From Mycobacterium leprae TN (GTDB lineage Bacteria; Actinomycetota; Actinomycetes; Mycobacteriales; Mycobacteriaceae), in contig NC_002677.1 in assembly GCF_000195855.1 (NCBI RefSeq), positions 3,000,001 to 3,032,000 of the forward strand: 32,000 nucleotides of DNA, in the 5' to 3' direction. Made by a program: the position numbers and the translations under genes. The notes under the pieces were generated by a model. The model saw only the letters and a list, made by a program, of their open reading frames with translations, did not search any database and was not told where the DNA came from. Positions 31,508 through 32,000 of this stretch are shown here, piece after piece; positions within the stretch are counted from its first letter, which is position 1; the number at the start of each line of letters is the position of its first letter.

Positions 31508-32000
31508 ATGCCATTCGCTATTACTCCTGAGCATCAAAAACTTGTCGATTCGATGCGCTCCCTGTTAGCGCGTGTAGCACCATCCGAGCTGCTGTACAAG
31601 ACGATAGGGTATTCTCCTGGAAAACGTGTGAACACGCCGCCATACTGGCAAACTGCGGCTGAACAAGGGGCTTCAGGGAGTGCATCTGGCCGAATCCGTT
31701 GGCAGTCAAAGTTTCGGCAGGCCATCGTCCTGACCGAATTCGGCTACTGGGCCGATCGTGCCGTAAGCGATCTCCAGCGCGCTGAATCTCGGGATGACGA
31801 AGGGGCCCCCGGACCTCACAGTCGGTATCTAGCTCTGCTGGCCGCCTAGGCCGTCGGAGTGGCGCTCTGGGCAACCGACCCCGCAGCATCAACGTTCGCC
31901 AAGAGATCCGCAAGCAGTTCGGCAAACCGATTGGCCAGTTCCAGGACATCAAACACACATGCGCAGAGCATGCTAGATGATCGTTGACTCCGACCAGGCC
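31508..32000 (+). pseudogene. fadE6: Acyl-CoA dehydrogenase pseudogene (fadE6-like), running off the right edge
   Basis: MPFAITPEHQKLVDSMRSLLARVAPSELL...PPYWQTAAEQG...AIVLTEFGYWA, then a large loss of sequence, then INVRQEIRKQFGKPIGQFQDIKHTCAEHAR near 31900. Confidence 0.65.

Noticed and set aside
1-32000. Search for CRISPR arrays, insertion sequences, PE_PGRS-type glycine repeats, rRNA or tRNA genes
   Set aside because: By eye I saw no regularly spaced repeats, transposase motifs, long GGA/GGN repeat tracts or convincing structural RNA. A tRNAscan/Infernal run would be needed to exclude them fully.

Overview
The window carries a complete, apparently intact type VII secretion locus of the ESX-3 type on the minus strand (~9256..23948). 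Gene order is eccA3-eccB3-eccC3-PE5-PPE4-esxG-esxH-espG3-eccD3-mycP3-eccE3, and several neighbours overlap by 4-8 bp. Both flanks are heavily decayed mycobacterial sequence. Frameshifted or stop-riddled remnants I can recognise there: a Rv0312-like gene, a SnoaL/BaiE-like gene, bluB, an arylsulfatase, a PPE gene, a TetR regulator, an alpha/beta hydrolase and fadE6. One intact minus-strand exported L,D-transpeptidase-like gene (4590..5246, Rv0309-like) sits in the left flank. A partial ORF with a strong RBS runs off the left edge (1..208, minus) and is absent from the ORF track. The intact secretion island amid mass pseudogenisation suggests the M. leprae / M. lepromatosis / M. uberis type of reduced genome. 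Homology calls rest on remembered protein sequences, not searches. I found no evidence for an undescribed system. The most interesting points are a shortened, internally deleted PPE4 with its C-terminus out of frame downstream, an EsxH zinc-ligand substitution (E77Q), an IdeR-like box overlapping the listed eccA3 start, and decay lesions that hit catalytic motifs in flanking pseudogenes.
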